DNA of 64,000 bases, taken from the NCBI RefSeq assembly GCF_009914755.1, contig NC_060925.1. The stretch is one strand, 5' to 3'. Shown in pieces: positions 63,686 through 64,000 of this stretch; position 1 is the first letter of the stretch; each line of letters begins with the position of its first letter. The DNA is from the human T2T-CHM13v2.0 reference genome, Homo sapiens. Position numbers and translations under genes: made by a program. The notes below the pieces were generated by a model, which saw nothing but the letters and a program-made list of their open reading frames with translations, was not told where the DNA came from and ran no database searches.

Positions 63686-64000
63686 GTAAGTTTTGGAGTT
63701 GTTCAAAATATCCTTTTCTCAAGAAAAAAGAGGCAATCTTCTCCTAATTTAATATGACAACTATTAAGTGTTTATTTATTCAACAAATATTTAATTATTG
63801 TAAACCTGATACAGGATTGTGATTTAGTAATGCAGGTTATATTAAAGGAATAAACTTTATATTCTCCATTGAAAAAGAATAGCAAGCTTTTTCAGAGATA
63901 TGACAAACATCCCCCTAGCCTGCAGGGAAAATAAAAATAAAAATTAAAAAAACCACTTAAAAATAAGAGCTAGGCACAGGGATTAAAATATATACTTCGT

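Overview
This is human (hominid) genomic DNA from the 1p21 amylase cluster. Two salivary alpha-amylase (AMY1) genes are arranged divergently: coding exons 1-7 on the minus strand at the left edge and on the plus strand at the right edge, both cut off by the window. They lie in the arms of a near-perfect inverted duplication of at least 22.3 kb (1-22343 mirrored by 41504-63844). Upstream of each AMY1 is a truncated gamma-actin (ACTG1 3'UTR) processed pseudogene interrupted by a 7.84-kb defective HERV-E provirus (two LTRs, tRNA-Glu PBS, 4-bp TSD). This is the known composite salivary promoter. The unique 19.2-kb spacer holds L1, Alu, MLT and MER4 repeats and a 5'-truncated AMY2A-type pseudogene (AMYP1, exons 4-10). 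The layout matches the known AMY1B-AMYP1-AMY1C arrangement. I found no wholly new gene system. The most notable signals are: (i) a strong, strand-biased GG>AG (APOBEC3G-like) hypermutation pattern across the provirus; (ii) a 36-bp templated insertion showing that the AMYP1/inverted-repeat junction formed by serial microhomology template switching; (iii) an intact spliced frame across AMYP1 exons 4-10 lying downstream of a co-oriented HERV-E; (iv) a perfect-consensus competing splice donor in AMY1 intron 1; (v) apparent loss of the env immunosuppressive domain; (vi) an orphan terminal-exon structure. Repeat subfamily names and comparisons with HERV-E/ACTG1 references are from memory and need confirmation by alignment.
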